Made by a program: the position numbers and the translations under genes
The notes under the pieces: generated by a model
The model's database searches: none
What the model saw: the letters and a program-made list of their open reading frames with translations, nothing else
What the model was told of the DNA's origin: nothing
From: the human T2T-CHM13v2.0 reference genome, Homo sapiens
DNA: 64,000 nt
Assembly: GCF_009914755.1 (NCBI RefSeq)
Contig: NC_060928.1
Direction: 5' to 3' (one strand)
Part shown: one piece after another, positions 46,166 to 63,480 of the stretch
How positions within the stretch are numbered: position 1 is the stretch's first letter
Layout: each line of letters begins with the position of its first letter

Positions 46166-48687
46166 CCCACAGTGCCGTGGGGCACTCTACTCACCATTTA
46201 CCAAATGCCTTTCACAGTGACACCCCAGCCAATCCTAATGGCGGGCTGATGGTGAGGCATGGTGATGCCCAGTTTCATTTTGCAGATGTAGAAACTGAGA
46301 TCCAAAGAAATGCAGTAACTCTCTCCAGGGTAGATGGCCAGGACTTGAGTCCAGGCCTAGGGACTGAAGCTCCGAGTCCACAGTCACTCCACTACAGCAT
46401 GGGCCCTGATTTCCCCATTTGTAAAACATCCAGGCAGAGAGCAATGTTGTCAAAGGATGTTTTTGGCACTCTCCCTTTTCTCATCTGTAATCTGGAGTGT
46501 TCCCCTGTCTCAGTTTCTTACTGCCTTACATCTGGACTTTGCTCAAACCCTAGACTTGCCCTTCCATGAGAAGGAGGCGTGATGGACACAGCCCTACAGA
46601 CAGAGCTCCTCCTGTGGCCAGGAGCTCAGCCCCTGCTTGTCCCCCTGCATCCCCACAGGCCCAGAGGTAACAGGGGAGGACAGCAAGGCTCAGAGGGAGC
46701 ACCTTGCCCTCAGCCGCCTGCTGTGGCTCCCTGACTCCAGAGCCCCTGCTCTTTCACTCCCCCATGTGAAGTGTGGGCAAGGGATCTATCCCAACAGACT
46801 TCCCCCACACCCCTTCACAAGCCCACTGCCAGGGAATGTGTGACACTGTAGGCGTGTCCCCCACCTGCCTCCTGCCCCGTGCCAGCGAGGAGGCTCTGGG
46901 GCTGTTTCTCACCTGTGCCATTTCACGCAGTGCTCCCCCTCATTCTCCACCCTCCTCCTCAAGATGCAGCTGAGAAGCCCCTCCCGCAGGAAATCTCTGA
47001 GTCTCTGCAGTTCTGTGTCACCTCCCCACTTAACCGCTGAACCTCAAGATGCCCCTGGCAGGGACCCCCATCTGACTCATCTCAGCACCCAGCATAGGGT
47101 CTGGCCCAGACCACTGCTTACTGGGCAAGGCTGGGCAAGGGGTGGGCGCTGAACTGCCCTGCCCTGAGGGTACCCACCACTGGGGTACCTCGCCTCTGGC
47201 CTCAGCCCACCGTGCCTAAGTGCTGATACCCCAGCGCTGACCCTGCAGGTCTGACCTGGCAACTGGAAGCCTCAGGGAAGCTGAGGCTGTGTCGCTCTGG
47301 GGCAGGAAGAGCCTCCAGAGACACAAGAGACAGCGGCTGTTGTGAGGCTCCATTTCCAAACCTGTCCAAGCTCATGGGGCCCTCAGGGTACAGACATGTG
47401 GGTTTCTTTCATGATAACCACCTTGTTCTAGGTACAAGATGTACACGTATTTTTTTTTCAGTCCTCAGGGCAATCTGGTAGATGGGTAATCTTACAAATG
47501 CTTATTTGTAGAGAAGTTTGAGGCTCAAATGCTATCCAAATGTGCCCACCACCAGCTAAGTGATGGGACCCAGATCCAACCCTAGCCCGGCCGAGTCAGG
47601 AAGGTTACTTGTGGCTGAGCCCCTCTCACTGGCGGCTGAGCCAAGCCCTTTCCCATCTGCTATCTCTTAGTTGCCTCAGAACAGCCTGGTAGCAAGTGGT
47701 ACTGTTCACAGCCCCATTTGACAGATGAGGAAACTGAGGTACTGAGAGATGCGGGATTTATATATATGCAGTAGGTAACAGAACTGGCGCTCAAGCCCAT
47801 GTGTGCCTGGCCTGGGCTCTTTCCTTAACTTGTAGTCCCTAGGGCGGGGGCAGAGTGTGTGTATCAGACCACCCATCTCAGATGTCCCAGGCATTCTGGC
47901 TGTGAATTATGTCCACATTGGGCTGGTTTTCTCAGATATGTTGGGGTAAGAGGGGCTGGATCACCCCTCACTGCTTCCGGGCCCTTTATCCTCCATCTCA
48001 CCTTGGTGGAGCCCCTGCCTCGAGGCAGGCCCTGGACAGCAAAGGAAGACAGGAGCAGGCTGGTGCAGCCTCTAGACCTCTGACCTTCTTCTTCGGGTAT
48101 CTAGGGTGCCAAAGCATCTCCTCAACCAAGACCCACTCCTGGCTGCCCGCCAGGGCCTGGGGCACTGGGCCTGCCCGTAAGCTCACCTTTCCAGCCTTTA
48201 CCTCCCCAACTCCTGCTCCCGGCAGTCACGCCAACACCACCTTAATTTTAGATGTGACATTTCTAGTGAGGGGAAAAGCATTTGTTCCCAGCACTGCAGT
48301 GTCAGGGAAAGGCTGGGTGTGGGCAGCGGCCCCCGGGGGTAAGAGCTTTCATGCCCCTCCCTGAGGGGACACTTTCCCAGCTGGGATGTTTAGCGGAGGC
48401 CCAGCAGAGTGGCAGGTGCCAGAGGGAAAGAACCCCTCACCCCTATCCTGAGGGGAGAGAGCCCAGCTCCCGCCTCAGAGGTGCTGAGAGGCAAAGGGTC
48501 CAGGTGAGAGTCAAGGAGACACCTTGGGCCATCCTGGATGACCACTGCTGTCCTGGCCATTCAAACCCAAGCTCTCAGCCCTGTCCCCCAACCCCACTCC
48601 CTTCCCACTGAATCCGCGATCCCTCTCCTGTGTCACAGACTCTCTTCCACCTTCTCTTGTCTCTCTGACTCCTTCCAGCAGTATTTA

Positions 48688-49063
<376 letters not shown>

Positions 49064-49913
49064 TAACATGGGGTCCACTGTGTTGCCCAGGCTGGTCTTG
49101 AACTCCTGACCTCAACATCATAAAGCAAGACCCTCCAGCTCAGGCTGTAATGGCATTTATTCCCACCACCCCCTCACCCCCCACCACCTCCCACTACTTC
49201 ACCCTCAGCCCCTGCATCCTGGCCTCTGCCCTGCATGTGCTAGTGAGCTTGCTTGTGGCCTGGTCATTATACTGGTGAGGATACTGGTTCAGCAGCTTGA
49301 ACAGAGACCAAGTGACTCCAACAAGAAGGAAGGTGTGTTTCTCTCCTGTGGAAGTCTGCAGTGCAGGCCACTCTGGTGATTGGGTGGCTCTGCTCCATGG
49401 AGTGACCCAGGGATCCACGTTGCTTCCATCTTGATGTTCAGCCATCCCCCACAGTGTTGCCTGCCTGAGTTGCAGTCTAGACTGGCTCACCCCACTGAGT
49501 TGTCCTTCCAGCAGCTAGGGGATAGGGAATGGTGGAGCCAGGGCAGGCAGCTTCCTTGTAAAAGGCGACCTAGAACCTGCCCACATCACTCCTCACATTT
49601 CCATTGGCCAGAACTTAATCATATGGCCTCCCTCAACTGCAGGGACTGCTGGGGAATAGAGTCTATTTTGCTCCCAGTCCATTGGCCAGAGTGGTGTCAT
49701 GTGACCTCTACCAGTTGCAAAGGAGGCTGGGGAATGTAGTCTCTGGCTGGGAGTCCATTTGCCCTGCTAAAACCAAGAAGGAGTGTGTGGTTCTGTTACT
49801 AAAAGGAAGAAGGACAGAATGTATATCGGACGCCAATTAACAGTTTTGGTCATGAATCACCCTGAAGTCTCAGGAATGCTTTCTGCTGGACGGCCAGAAA
49901 ACCTAAGTAAAGC

Positions 49914-50586
49914 TGTTAGTGGTGGAAGGTATCCAAGTTACCAGCAGCTAATCCGTACGGGTCTGCAGCAACCCCAGTTCTTGCCTCCTCGGAAGAAAGA
50001 ATTCGACTGAGGGGCATAAGGCAGAAAAAGAGACTGAGGCATGTTTCAGAGCAGAAGTGGAAGTTTATTTAAAAAGGCTTTAAAATGAGAAAGAAAGGAA
50101 AATATGCTTGAAAGAGTCCCAAGTGGGCACGTGAAGGTCAAGTGCTGTATTGATCCTTGATCCTAGGACTTTATAGGCTGGTCCCCTTTCCCATGATTCT
50201 TCCCTTAGGCTGGGCTACCCGCACTCACAGTGCCCTCCTTACCCTTGGGAGGTGAGCACACGCACTGTGTTTAGGAAGTTGCACACATGCCCATCTGACG
50301 CTTTCTTCCCTTTTCCAGTGGAGTGTCCCTGGAAGGTCAAACTCCGCCATTTTGTCTCTTAATGCACCTGCTCGGGAAGTCACGTCTCCCTGGCACCTGC
50401 ATTCAATTAACATGTTAGTGCAACAGGTGTGGACCATCAGGAAATGCCCTCTCCCTAGTGCCGGCTGCCAATTTCTCACTTCTAGAGAGGCAATGTGATA
50501 ATTGCCAAACCATCACCCAACATTCCTAGTGGGTGGGGGAAGAGCCCTCCCCTGCCCCACTCATGCTTGTCTAACTACCTGTAACA
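49914..50586 (-). mobile_element. MER50-like ERV1 solo LTR
   Basis: TG...CA termini with a 4-bp target-site duplication AAGC (49910-49913 and 50587-50590); - strand begins tgttacaggtagttagac. Confidence 0.8.
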
Positions 50587-52385
50587 AAGCGACTTGAGTC
50601 TTAAGAACATTTACTTAACAAGATGGGGATAGTTTGGGACTGGTTCTGCAGTACCTTGATATCTGTGATTCTCATGTCCTTACCCTTGTGGTCACGATAT
50701 GGCTGCCATAGCTCCAGCCATCATGTTACCAGACACCACATTCAAGGCAGTAAAAGGAAGAGAGGGGGCTTTCTATACCCATAGTCTATTCTGTTGGATA
50801 AACTTAGACACACTAAAATGTTAGCATTTATTTGAACAAACAGTGATTCCTGAATCAGGAAGTACTAGACTGTGAGCAGTTCATGGCTCCACTAAGGGAA
50901 TATGAGAGGGAAACGTCTATAAGGTGCTCCTGAAAGCAAGACAAAGAAAACATTTGCCTACAGTGAACAGTCCCTAGTTAGAGGTTGGTTGGCAGTTTCC
51001 GATGGGTCAAGCTTAAGTTCTCTTTTCCTGTTTCCACCAAGTTAGATTTGGGTTTGCTGACAGAGGAACTCGAGGCCTGGAGCTGGCTCAGCCTGATGGC
51101 CTCCCAGTTCATTACTTAACAATGCCCCTCCAGCTGCCAGACAGAGAGAACCAATATCTGACAGGAGGGAGTAAGCGTGCCACATTTGGCTTAGATCAAC
51201 TGTGATTCGTCCCTTGAGGCTGGGCATGGTGCACCCTGAACAGAGGGAAGGTTCTGCGAGTGAAAAAGGGGTGCTGACTTGGCAGCCTTCAGCCTGCCCC
51301 CACCGGCTGCCCTGTCTGGTGCGAGGCCGTACCCTCCAGAGCTCCTGGCTCCTCTCAGTGCGGTGCTGTTGCCCACTCCCTCCTTCATCCTGCAGCTGGC
51401 ACTCCCCCTGTGCTCCCCCCACCCTCTGGCTGCTCCTTCTCCATCCTCTCTGCTTACATATGCACAGCCTCCACCCACACTCCTAGTCCACGCTCCCCCT
51501 GATCCCCTCTCACCTCTGCTGTGCACCTGATGCCAGCCCCACTCCTCACCTCCCACAGTCATCCCCTGCCCTGTCTTGCTTGGCCTTGCTCATAGGTCTG
51601 ACTGCTGCTCGGTCCCAGCATCCCAGGCCTCATCTGAGGCTCAGCCAGGGTCCCCAGGACTGCAAGTTCATCAGTGAAAGGCAGTTTGACTCTAGATCAG
51701 TTATGAGAGTTCTCTGAGGCACTGTTCACCAATCTTAAAGTGCAGATTATAACACCCATCTCTCAAGGTGTTAGAAAGATTATATTTGGGGCAAGGACTT
51801 GGGGAATGTTAATCAATGCCTTATACAAGTCTGGGGTTTTCTTTTTCCCTGCAGCACTGAACCCAATATCTGGTTCACTATGGTGACTCTTAAGTAATAA
51901 ATGAATAAATGAATGGTTGGGTGATTCTGGCATGGAGTCCTTTGTATTCATGATCTATTTCCGTGTAGCAAATTGCCCCCAAACTTCTGAGAACAAACAT
52001 TTCATATCTACAGCTCCTGTGGGTGAAGAGCTCAGGAGTGACTTAGCCAGGGGGTTCTGGCTCAGGACCTCTTGAAAAGTTGCCATCTGGGAGTCAGGTG
52101 GGGCAGTGTCATCTGAAGGCTGGACTGGGGCTGGAGGGTCTACTCCAGGCTGGCTCTCGCGGCTGTGAGAGGAAGCCTCAGTTCCTCGCCATGTGACTGG
52201 TCATGGCACAGCAGCTGGCCCCCAGAGCAGCGACCCAGGAGAGCAGGCAAGGGCAGCCACAGTAGAAGCTGTGTGCCCTTCACCTTCTCTCCTCAAGGGT
52301 ACACAGGTACTTCTGCTTCACTGTGTTTGTTAGAAGTGAGTCACTGAGTCTGGCCACCCTCTAGGCCCTAAGCCTCACCTGTTGA

Positions 52386-52775
<390 letters not shown>

Positions 52776-52869
52776 TAACCTTTTATTGTTGGTGATGTCC
52801 AAGACCTCCATAGCATCATCAAAATCAGTGCTCTATCCAAGTTCACACAAAAATCCTCACCCCTGCACG

Positions 52870-53200
52870 TGCTGTAACATGCAGGAACCTTAAGGACATT
52901 ACGCAGAGTGAAATACGCCAGTCACAGAAGGACTGATGCTGTGTGATTCCGCTGATATCTACAGGCATCAAATTCATGCAGTCAGGGAGTAGAATGGGGG
53001 TGCTAGGGGCTGGGGGAGGGGCATAGGGAGTTAGTGTTTAATGAGGCCAAGAGCTTCAACTTGGGAAGAGGAGAACATTCTGGAAAGGGATGGTGGTGGT
53101 GGTTGTATAACAGTGTGAATGTAGTAACACTACTTAACTATACACTCACAAATTATTAAGGTGGTAAATTGTATGTTATATGTACTTCACCATGATTAAA
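52870..53200 (+). mobile_element. L1M 3'-end fragment
   Basis: ggacattacgcagagtgaaatacgccagtcacagaaggac...gtggtaaattgtatgttatatgta. Confidence 0.75.
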
Positions 53201-53282
53201 AGTTAATAATTAACACCCTCACCTCTGCAGTTCTGCATGACCCTGCCTGGCCCAGTAGCTGGCACTGCAACCCACTGGATAG

Positions 53283-53678
<396 letters not shown>

Positions 53679-53973
53679 TAACCTTTGCTCTTGTCGCCTC
53701 CTCCACCAGGAGGGCCCCCCTCCCTGTACCCCAGCTTCTCACAGAGCTGCAGGCACAGCTTGGCTGCCTCCCGCTTCCAGACCCCTATCTCCATCAGCTG
53801 GGCCTGAGGCGGGGCTGACTCTTTCTTTAGGCCCCTCACAGGGACTAGAGCAGAATGGCACTCAGTAAGCAGGGGTGACAACTAGAGGAATGGCAGGGTG
53901 TGTTCAGCTGGGAGAACAGTTACCAGAGACGCTGTGATTCTTCAGGTGTGAGGGCAACTGTTACAAGACTTAA

Positions 53974-54496
<523 letters not shown>

Positions 54497-54809
54497 TAAC
54501 AAAGGACCACAGACTGGTGACTCAAGCAATAGAAACATATTGTCCCATGGTTCTGGAGGCTGGAAGTCCAGGGTCAAGGTGTCAGCAGGGCCACGCTCCC
54601 TCTGAAGGTGTGAGGGAAGGGGCTGCTCCAGGCCTCTCTCCTTGGCTTGTGGATGCCCCGCTTCTTTCAGTGCCCCCGTATCATCTTCCCTGGGTGCATG
54701 TTTGTGTCTCAATTTTCCTTTTTTCTGAGGACACCCATCCTATTGTATTAGGGCCCACCCTAATGACCTCATTTTAACTTGATTACTTCTGTAAAGACCC
54801 CATTTCCAG

Positions 54810-55100
54810 TGGGCACAGTGGCTCACGCCTGTAATCCCAGCCCTTTGGGAGGTGGGCAGATCACATGAAGTCAAGAGTTCGAAACCAGCCTGGCCAACAT
54901 GGCAAAACCCCGTCTCTACTAAAAATACAAAAATTAGCCGGGCGTGGTAGCAAGTGGCTGAAATCCCAGCTACTCAGGAGGCTGAGGCAGGACAATCGCT
55001 TGAACCAGGGAGGTGAAGGTTTCAGTGAGCCGAGATCGTGACACTGCACTCCTGGGTGACAGAGTGAGACTCTGTAAAAAATAAAAAATAAAAAAATAAA
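54810..55100 (+). mobile_element. AluS
   Basis: Sense dimer, truncating an antisense MLT1 LTR (~54480-54808). Confidence 0.9.
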
Positions 55101-55412
55101 CTGCACACTTGGTGAGAAGTAATGAGCTTCCTGCACCTGGGGGCATTCAAGCAGAGTTAGAAGGTGCTAATTCTACAGGGTTTGGCAGAGAAAAGCCTGC
55201 ATCGAGGAGTGGGTGGGGTGAATGAGCACTCCTTCCGGAGGGCAAATCCCACAACCAGTCTTAGACGGAAACGGCAGGGGAGAGCTCATCCTTGAACCAC
55301 TGAGGGAGGGCCAAGGTGAGGGCAGGCGGGAGACACCCAGATGGGGCTGAGGGAAGTGGAGCTGGGGCAGCCATGTGGCCCCTCCAGCCTCATTCTTCTC
55401 CTCGGTTTGCAG

Positions 55413-55528
55413 GGGCTGCAGTTCGTGTGGCGAGGGTCCCCATCCCTCTCAGAGCGGCAGGAAATCTTCACGCACATCATGGACCAGTACAGCTACTGCA
55501 CCCCGTCCCACATCCCTTTCTCCAACAG
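55413..55528 (+). CDS. MAN2B2: MAN2B2 exon 5 (116 nt)
   Basis: tttgcag|[38 protein letters not shown](R)|gtacgt. Confidence 0.95.
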
Positions 55529-55601
55529 GTACGTGCCCTTCCGCAGTGCCTTTGGGATCTCAGACAGCAGGGTCTGCCCAGCCCCTGCAGCTGTTCTGCA
55601 G

Positions 55602-55908
55602 TTTTGTTTTTGTTTATTGGTTTTAAGACAAGAGCTTCTGCTCTGTTGCCCAGGCCGGAGTGCAGTAGCGCAATCTTGGCTCACTGCAACCTCCGCCTCC
55701 TGGGTTCAAGCGATTCTTCTGCCTTAGCCTCCTGAGTAGCTAGGATTATAGGCACCCACCACCACACCCAGCTAATTTTTGTCTTTTTAGTAGAGAGGGA
55801 GTTTCACCATGTTATCTAGGCTGGTCTCAAACTCCTGACCTGAGATGATCCACCTGCCTTGGCCTCCCAAAGTGCTAGGATTATAGGCATGAGCCGCCGC
55901 GCCCAGCC
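55602..55908 (-). mobile_element. AluS
   Basis: Antisense dimer. Confidence 0.9.
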
Positions 55909-56165
55909 CTATTCTGCAGTTTTTGACAAGAGCTCCTTAAGCACATGGTGTCCCATTCTTCAGCCTCCCCAGCAGAGTGGGTGGGGTTATCAACCCCATT
56001 TTACAGATGTGGAAACTGAGGTTCAGAGAGGGTAAGTGACCAGATCAGGGTCACCCAGCTGGTAAGTAGGGGAGGCAGGATTTGACTCCAGTTCTGTGTG
56101 ACTCTGAATTGCTTCTTGTTATGAGTCCCTGTCCCAAAAGAGGATTGTTTAAAGGATGAGATCTT

Positions 56166-56775
<610 letters not shown>

Positions 56776-57233
56776 TGATGAGGTCTTTACATCAGTGTTC
56801 CCAAGAACCTCCTTCCTGGCCATGACAGGTCCCCTTCTGCTCTCGCCTCGCCTGTCCGTACCTGCCAGGTGAGGAAGTTGAATGTGCTGACTTCCAGGAG
56901 CCATCCATCGGCACCCCATCCCGTCCACGGTCCTCCAGGGCACTGTCCAGTGTCTCTCTAACACCCTCCAAGCTCACCTGCCCTCAACCCCAGTGATCTC
57001 CCTGCCTCTATCCCGCCTGGGCCTGGAGAGCAAGCTGGGTTCCAGGCTGCAGGTGCAGGGATAGGGGTGCTGTGGATGCAGGGGGAAGGCCCCCGGACAT
57101 GGGTGTTTCCCCACCCGTTCCTGACGTGGCCTGGCTTTGTTGTTGGGGCTTTGGCACAAGGCTTCGTCCCCACCCACCCTTTCCCCTCCTCATCCTTGTC
57201 CCTATCAGGGATCACAATGAAGAAGGCCGGAGG

Positions 57234-57530
57234 AGGCCAGGCGCAGTGGCTCACACCTGTAATCCCAGCACTTTGGGAGGCCGAGGCAGGTGGGTCACTT
57301 GAGGTTAGGAGTTTGAGACCAGCCTGGCCAACCTGGTAAAACTCTGTCTGTAGTCAAAATACAAAAATTAGCCAGGCATGGCAGCATTGCCTGTAATCTC
57401 AGCTACCTGGGAGGCTGAGGCAGGAGAATCACTTGAGCCCACAAGATGGAGGTTGCAGTAAGCCAAGATCATGACTGCACTCCAGCCTGGGTGACAGAAT
57501 CAGACTCTATCTCAAAACAAAAAAAAAAGA
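57234..57530 (+). mobile_element. AluS
   Basis: Dimer; aagaaggc(c/t)ggagga on both sides (target-site duplication). Confidence 0.9.
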
Positions 57531-58704
57531 AGGCTGGAGGAGTGGGAGAGGGAAGGGGCCTGGAGACCCTTGGGAATAAATCGCTCCTCATCCTTGTCTT
57601 GCGGAGCTGCCTCTTGTCCAATCACCTCCCGTTCACCCCGTGGTGAGGGAGGGGTCCTCACCCTAAATGGTAGATGGTTGAATACACACCACCCTACCCA
57701 GCACAGGTGACGTCCATAGCAGCTTCTGTTTATCACATACAATCACAGCTCACACCTTACTCGCCAAGGCCCCGTGGGAGTGCACTGTGGAGCGGACTGA
57801 ACACGCAGGGGCAGCTGGGTAGCAGCAAGGGGGCGGGTGCCCTCCGACTCCTGCAGAGGACGTGAGTGGCTCATTTGAATAATTTCACCAGCTGGCAGGG
57901 AGGTGGAAACTGTTGGGTGGAGGACCAGGTGGGGTGCAGCTGGTCTGACTGATAGTGGAAGAGCTAGACAAGAGGACTTTTCTGCTGGTGGGGGCTATCA
58001 GGTGACAGCAGGGGACTCCTAGGCCCCTGGGGGCCTTCAAGGCTCAGATGTCAAGAAGCACATGGGATTTTAGCCTCACTGTACACCTTCTTCCCCAGAA
58101 GGCTTTGGGTGAAGACTCAGTGGGGACCAGGAGTGTGGAGCCATGGACCAGGACCCCCCGGGGGCAGAGAGGATAGGCAGTGAACCCACATTCACATTCC
58201 TGGCTTGCTGTTCCAAGCACCCACCATGAGCCAGGCCCTGTTCCAAGCATTCTCCCTGTGATACCTCACAGACCCTCGCAGCAGCCCACTGACGGAGATG
58301 CTGTGAGTGCCCCATCTTACAGAAGGAAAAACTGAGGCACAGCAGCCCGCCCCAGGTCCCACAGCTGGCAGACGTGGTGGAGCCAGCGTTGGATTCAGGC
58401 CACCAGCTCTGCAGCCTCCACGTGGTGGCAGCAGTCAGCCTTGGTCTCTGTGCAGTCAGACGGCCCTGGGTTCAAATCCGCACTCTGCCCTGGCCAGGTG
58501 CTTAGCCTCTCTTGGAAGAGGAAAGACAACAGGCAAGGCAGAGGGGGTGAAGAACACTGGCCGGGATTAATTAGCGGTCACTGCCATTTGTCAGCCCTCC
58601 TTTGTGCCCAGCACTGTTTCTAGCTCCTTTCCATAAATGACTTTCATTTAATCCTCACAACAACCTGCTCCACATTCTACCAGGGAGCTTGGTGAGGCTA
58701 GAGG

Positions 58705-58980
58705 TGGCAGTGCTGGTGGCTGATGACTGTGATCCCAATGCTTTGGGAGGCTGAGGTGGGAGGATTGCTTGAGCCCAGGAATTCGAGACCAGCCTGGGCC
58801 ACAGAGCAAGACCTCGTCTCTACATAAAATTCAAAAACAAGTCGAGCATGGTGGTAGTCCCAGCTCCTGGGGAGGCTGAGGCGATGGCTTGAGCCCGGGA
58901 GTTCGAGGCTGCAGTGAGCCGTGATCATATCACTGAACTCCAGCCTGATCAACAGAGCAAGACCCTGTCTGTAAAAGAAA
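58705..58980 (+). mobile_element. AluJ-like element
   Basis: Diverged dimer. Confidence 0.85.
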
Positions 58981-59484
58981 CAGAGGTGGGAATGCTGGAA
59001 GGGGCTGCCCAGGTTGGAGAGCTCCAGACAAGGGTTCCATGGCTGCTACCCCGAGGCTGCACAGTGTGAGCAAGGAAGGCACTTAACTGGGGGTTCTCCA
59101 CACCCCCAGCCTAAGGCAAACAGAGAAAGATGTTAAATACTGAGCCTGTCTTTATTTAAAACTCTGACATTTTGTTCCTCATGGGTTTTTTGCATTAATT
59201 TTCATTTTTTAAAGTACTGCATTAAAATATCATTTATCTCAACTACTAAGAATTGAGGCACCCCCATAAATTTTGTGCCCTAGGCCAGGGCCTCACTTGC
59301 CTCACCAAGCCCCCGGCCTCTTTGGGGTCCTGAGACCCGGGGTCTGATGGGCGAGAAGTTGGCCTGCGTGAATGAGCAAACAAATCTGTGACCCACCGTC
59401 GGTCATGGAGTGGGAGAATTCAGTCTCAGGGTGAAATGATGTGCCAAGGTCCCAAGGCTGGGAGAACGTGGCACTTGGGTGTGA

Positions 59485-60000
<516 letters not shown>

Positions 60001-60479
60001 TAGAGTCCATTGAGCTTCAGTTGCCTCCGCTGTAAAATGGGGATGGTGGCAGCAGGCTTCATAGGCTTGGTGAGAGGTGAAGCGTTCCCGGGAAGCCAGT
60101 GCCCGGCACGTCGTGGCCATCGTCACAGCTAACCTTTAGTGAGCACCTGCTGTGTGCTGGGCACTGCCCCGTGGGATATATTTGTCTCAGCCATCTAATT
60201 TGCACCACTGGGCCTAGGAAGCAGGCTGGTATCCATTTCACAGTTGAGGAAACCAAGGCCCAGAGAGGTTAAGGAATTTTCCTGAGGCCACAGAGTTCCT
60301 TAGGGTGGCTAGGAAGGGGTGGAATTTGTGTTCAGACCCAGTCAGGCGGGCCCCAGAGCCTGCCTTCTTCATCCGTGACTGCCCTTGTGAAGGCAAGCTT
60401 AAGATCAGTAACTCAGTCATGGTTATTATTGCTGTTATTAATCATTATATTAATTATAATAATTAATAATCATTAATTA

Positions 60480-61126
<647 letters not shown>

Positions 61127-61754
61127 TAGTTTGGTGGCAGGGAGGGTATAGTCCATGTACCCTCTGCCCACTTCAGTGGCTGCTCGGCACTGTTCTCCAA
61201 GCCCTGGAGGGGTTCCAGGCAGGTTCTGTGTGGGGCGCAGGGGCAGAGACTGACCCTCTCTGCTCACTCCACCTGGACGTCCTGGCCACCACATGCACCA
61301 CCTGATTCCCACAGGGTTCAGCCTCTCACCATTGCCCACCACATGCAGTTTCCTGCCTCTGGCCTTTGCACAGGTGGTGCCTCCTGCTGGGAGCGGCCTC
61401 CATCACCTTCTCTTCCTGCATGAGTTCCACATAAACCTCTTCTACGAGCCCTTTCCTGATGCTGAGGCTGACTCGGGCTTCCTTTCACTGCACAGTCATT
61501 ACTGGGCACCTCCTGTGCATCATGCCTGTGTCCTCAGGCCAGAACTGGGTTGGCCACCAGCAGCACAGCCTGAGAGCTAAGAGGGCTGGCTGTGAGTAAG
61601 CCTCTACTCGCTGCCTGTGTGCAAGTCATGAAACCACCCTGTCTCCAAAGGGGGACATTTGTGGTGCCTCGTGCATAGATAGGGTTGCTGTGAAAATTCA
61701 ATGAGAAGAAGTGCTCTCAGCCTCCTGCCCAGCACAGAGGCAGGGCTCAGCAGA

Positions 61755-62113
61755 TGTCCTAGCCCTCTGGGTGCTGCTGTAACAGTATACCACAGAATGG
61801 GTCATTGATTAGGAAACGAAGTTTCTTTGGCTCACAGATGTAGAGGCCGGGAAGTCCAAGGTGGAGGGCTGGTGTCTAGAGAGGGCCTTCTTTCTGCATC
61901 ACCCATGGCTGAAGGCTGAGTGCAAAAGAACAGCCGGACAAGGGGGTTGAACTTGCTTTTCTAACAATCCCAGTCCCATGACAATGACATTAATCTGTTC
62001 ACGAGGGCAGAGCCTTCATGGCCTAATCTCCTCTTAAGCATCCCACCTCTTAATACAGTCACAATGGCAATTAAATTTTAACATGGGTTTTGGAGGGGCA
62101 TTCAAACCATAAC
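61755..62113 (-). mobile_element. MST-type MaLR LTR
   Basis: tgctgctgtaacagtataccacaga...gggaagtccaagg...ttcaaaccataaca. Confidence 0.75.
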
Positions 62114-62479
62114 ATTTCCCTTCCAAAGAGATGCCACAGATGAACTCCAGCTGCAGGGCTCATTCTGGCCTGGGCACTGCCTTGACTCACCCATGACCTG
62201 GCTTAGTCCTGCCTCTCTGGGCCCCAGCCTCTGGGTCTGCATGGTGACCAGTGGGGCTGCATAGTCCCCGGCTCCTGCTGTTGACACCACATTGGAGGCA
62301 GGTGGGGCTGCACACACGGGTTGGGGGATGTCCGTGGATGTGGGTGTGGTTATAGTCAAGGCAGGAGGAGATATGTTAATGTGGGCATGGCTAATGGTGA
62401 GGTGGGTGGGGTAGTGACTGTGGGTGTGGCCACATCTAGCAGGTAGGGATATACCCGAGTCAAGTTGGGTGTGGCTCTG

Positions 62480-62591
62480 TCCAGGTGGGCGTGGTGTCCA
62501 GGTGGGCGTGGTATCCAGGTGGGCGTGGTATCCAGGCGGGTGTGGGTGGGCGTGGTGTCCAGGTGGGCGTGGTATCCAGGCGGGCATGGTA
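62480..62591. repeat. 17-bp minisatellite (TCCAGGTGGGCGTGGTR) x ~6
   Basis: Directly visible. Confidence 0.9.
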
Positions 62592-63480
62592 TCGTGATGA
62601 CCACTGAGGATGTGGAGCCCCTGCCAGACTGAATGGAATCGGGCCTCACCACCCACTCTCAACATGGCTGCAAAGCTGTGGAGGACCCCATCTGACCCAC
62701 AGGGTGTGGCCTGTCCCCTGGGCCATGTGACCACCCCTCCCAGTCTGGTTCAGGACCAGTGGGGGAAGAACAGGGAATCAAGGCAAATCTGGGCACATCC
62801 CAGACGCCGAGGAGCAGGAAAGCAAAAGCAATAGGAAGCTCCCTTCTGAGACAGACAGCCACTCCCTGGGAGGGTTCAGCCCTCCTGCCTCCTGCATGGG
62901 CCCTGGGCATCCTCATCCTCTCTGTCTTGCATCAGGACACTGGCTCCCTGGGGTCTCTGAGCCCTTGCTGCCTCCTACCATCCATCCTCCCTGGACGCCC
63001 AGAGAATCCCTGCTGAAACGCATGCCTGTCCTGGCCTCCCCATGCCCACGTCACACATGAAGGCCTCTGTGCAGTCTAGGCCCTTCTCAGTGGGGTCCTG
63101 CCCACCTGGCTCCTCCTCTTCCCCTCTGGGTCTCCCAGGCCCTTTGCTCACACAGCTGTTCTGTGTTTCCTAGGCACCCTGGGCTTGCCTCCGATCAGGA
63201 TCCTTCAGCACCCCACCCCACCTGCCCCAGTGCAGCCTGTCTCTCCCACCCTGCCCAAGGCCCATCCAGGGTTTTCTGGGCAGTTCCTAGTCTGGCTATG
63301 GGAGGAGGCCTGAGTTGGGAGCCGTAAGCCCTGGGCTCGCTGCCTGCCCGGCCTGCCTCCTTGGGTGACCCTGGCAGAGGCTGCCTCTGCAGCCCCAGCT
63401 TCTCAGCTCTTCCAGGGCTGGAGCTTAGCAGACTTCTGGGTCATGCCGTCTCAAGCTCACCATCTTCCCTTGTCTCCCAG

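Noticed and set aside
45206-46220. Poly-His, poly-Val and poly-Thr ORFs
   Set aside because: Artefacts of the CAC/CAT repeat in an intron
62480-62591. CRISPR-like appearance of short direct repeats
   Set aside because: No unique spacers, eukaryotic intronic context, and no cas genes
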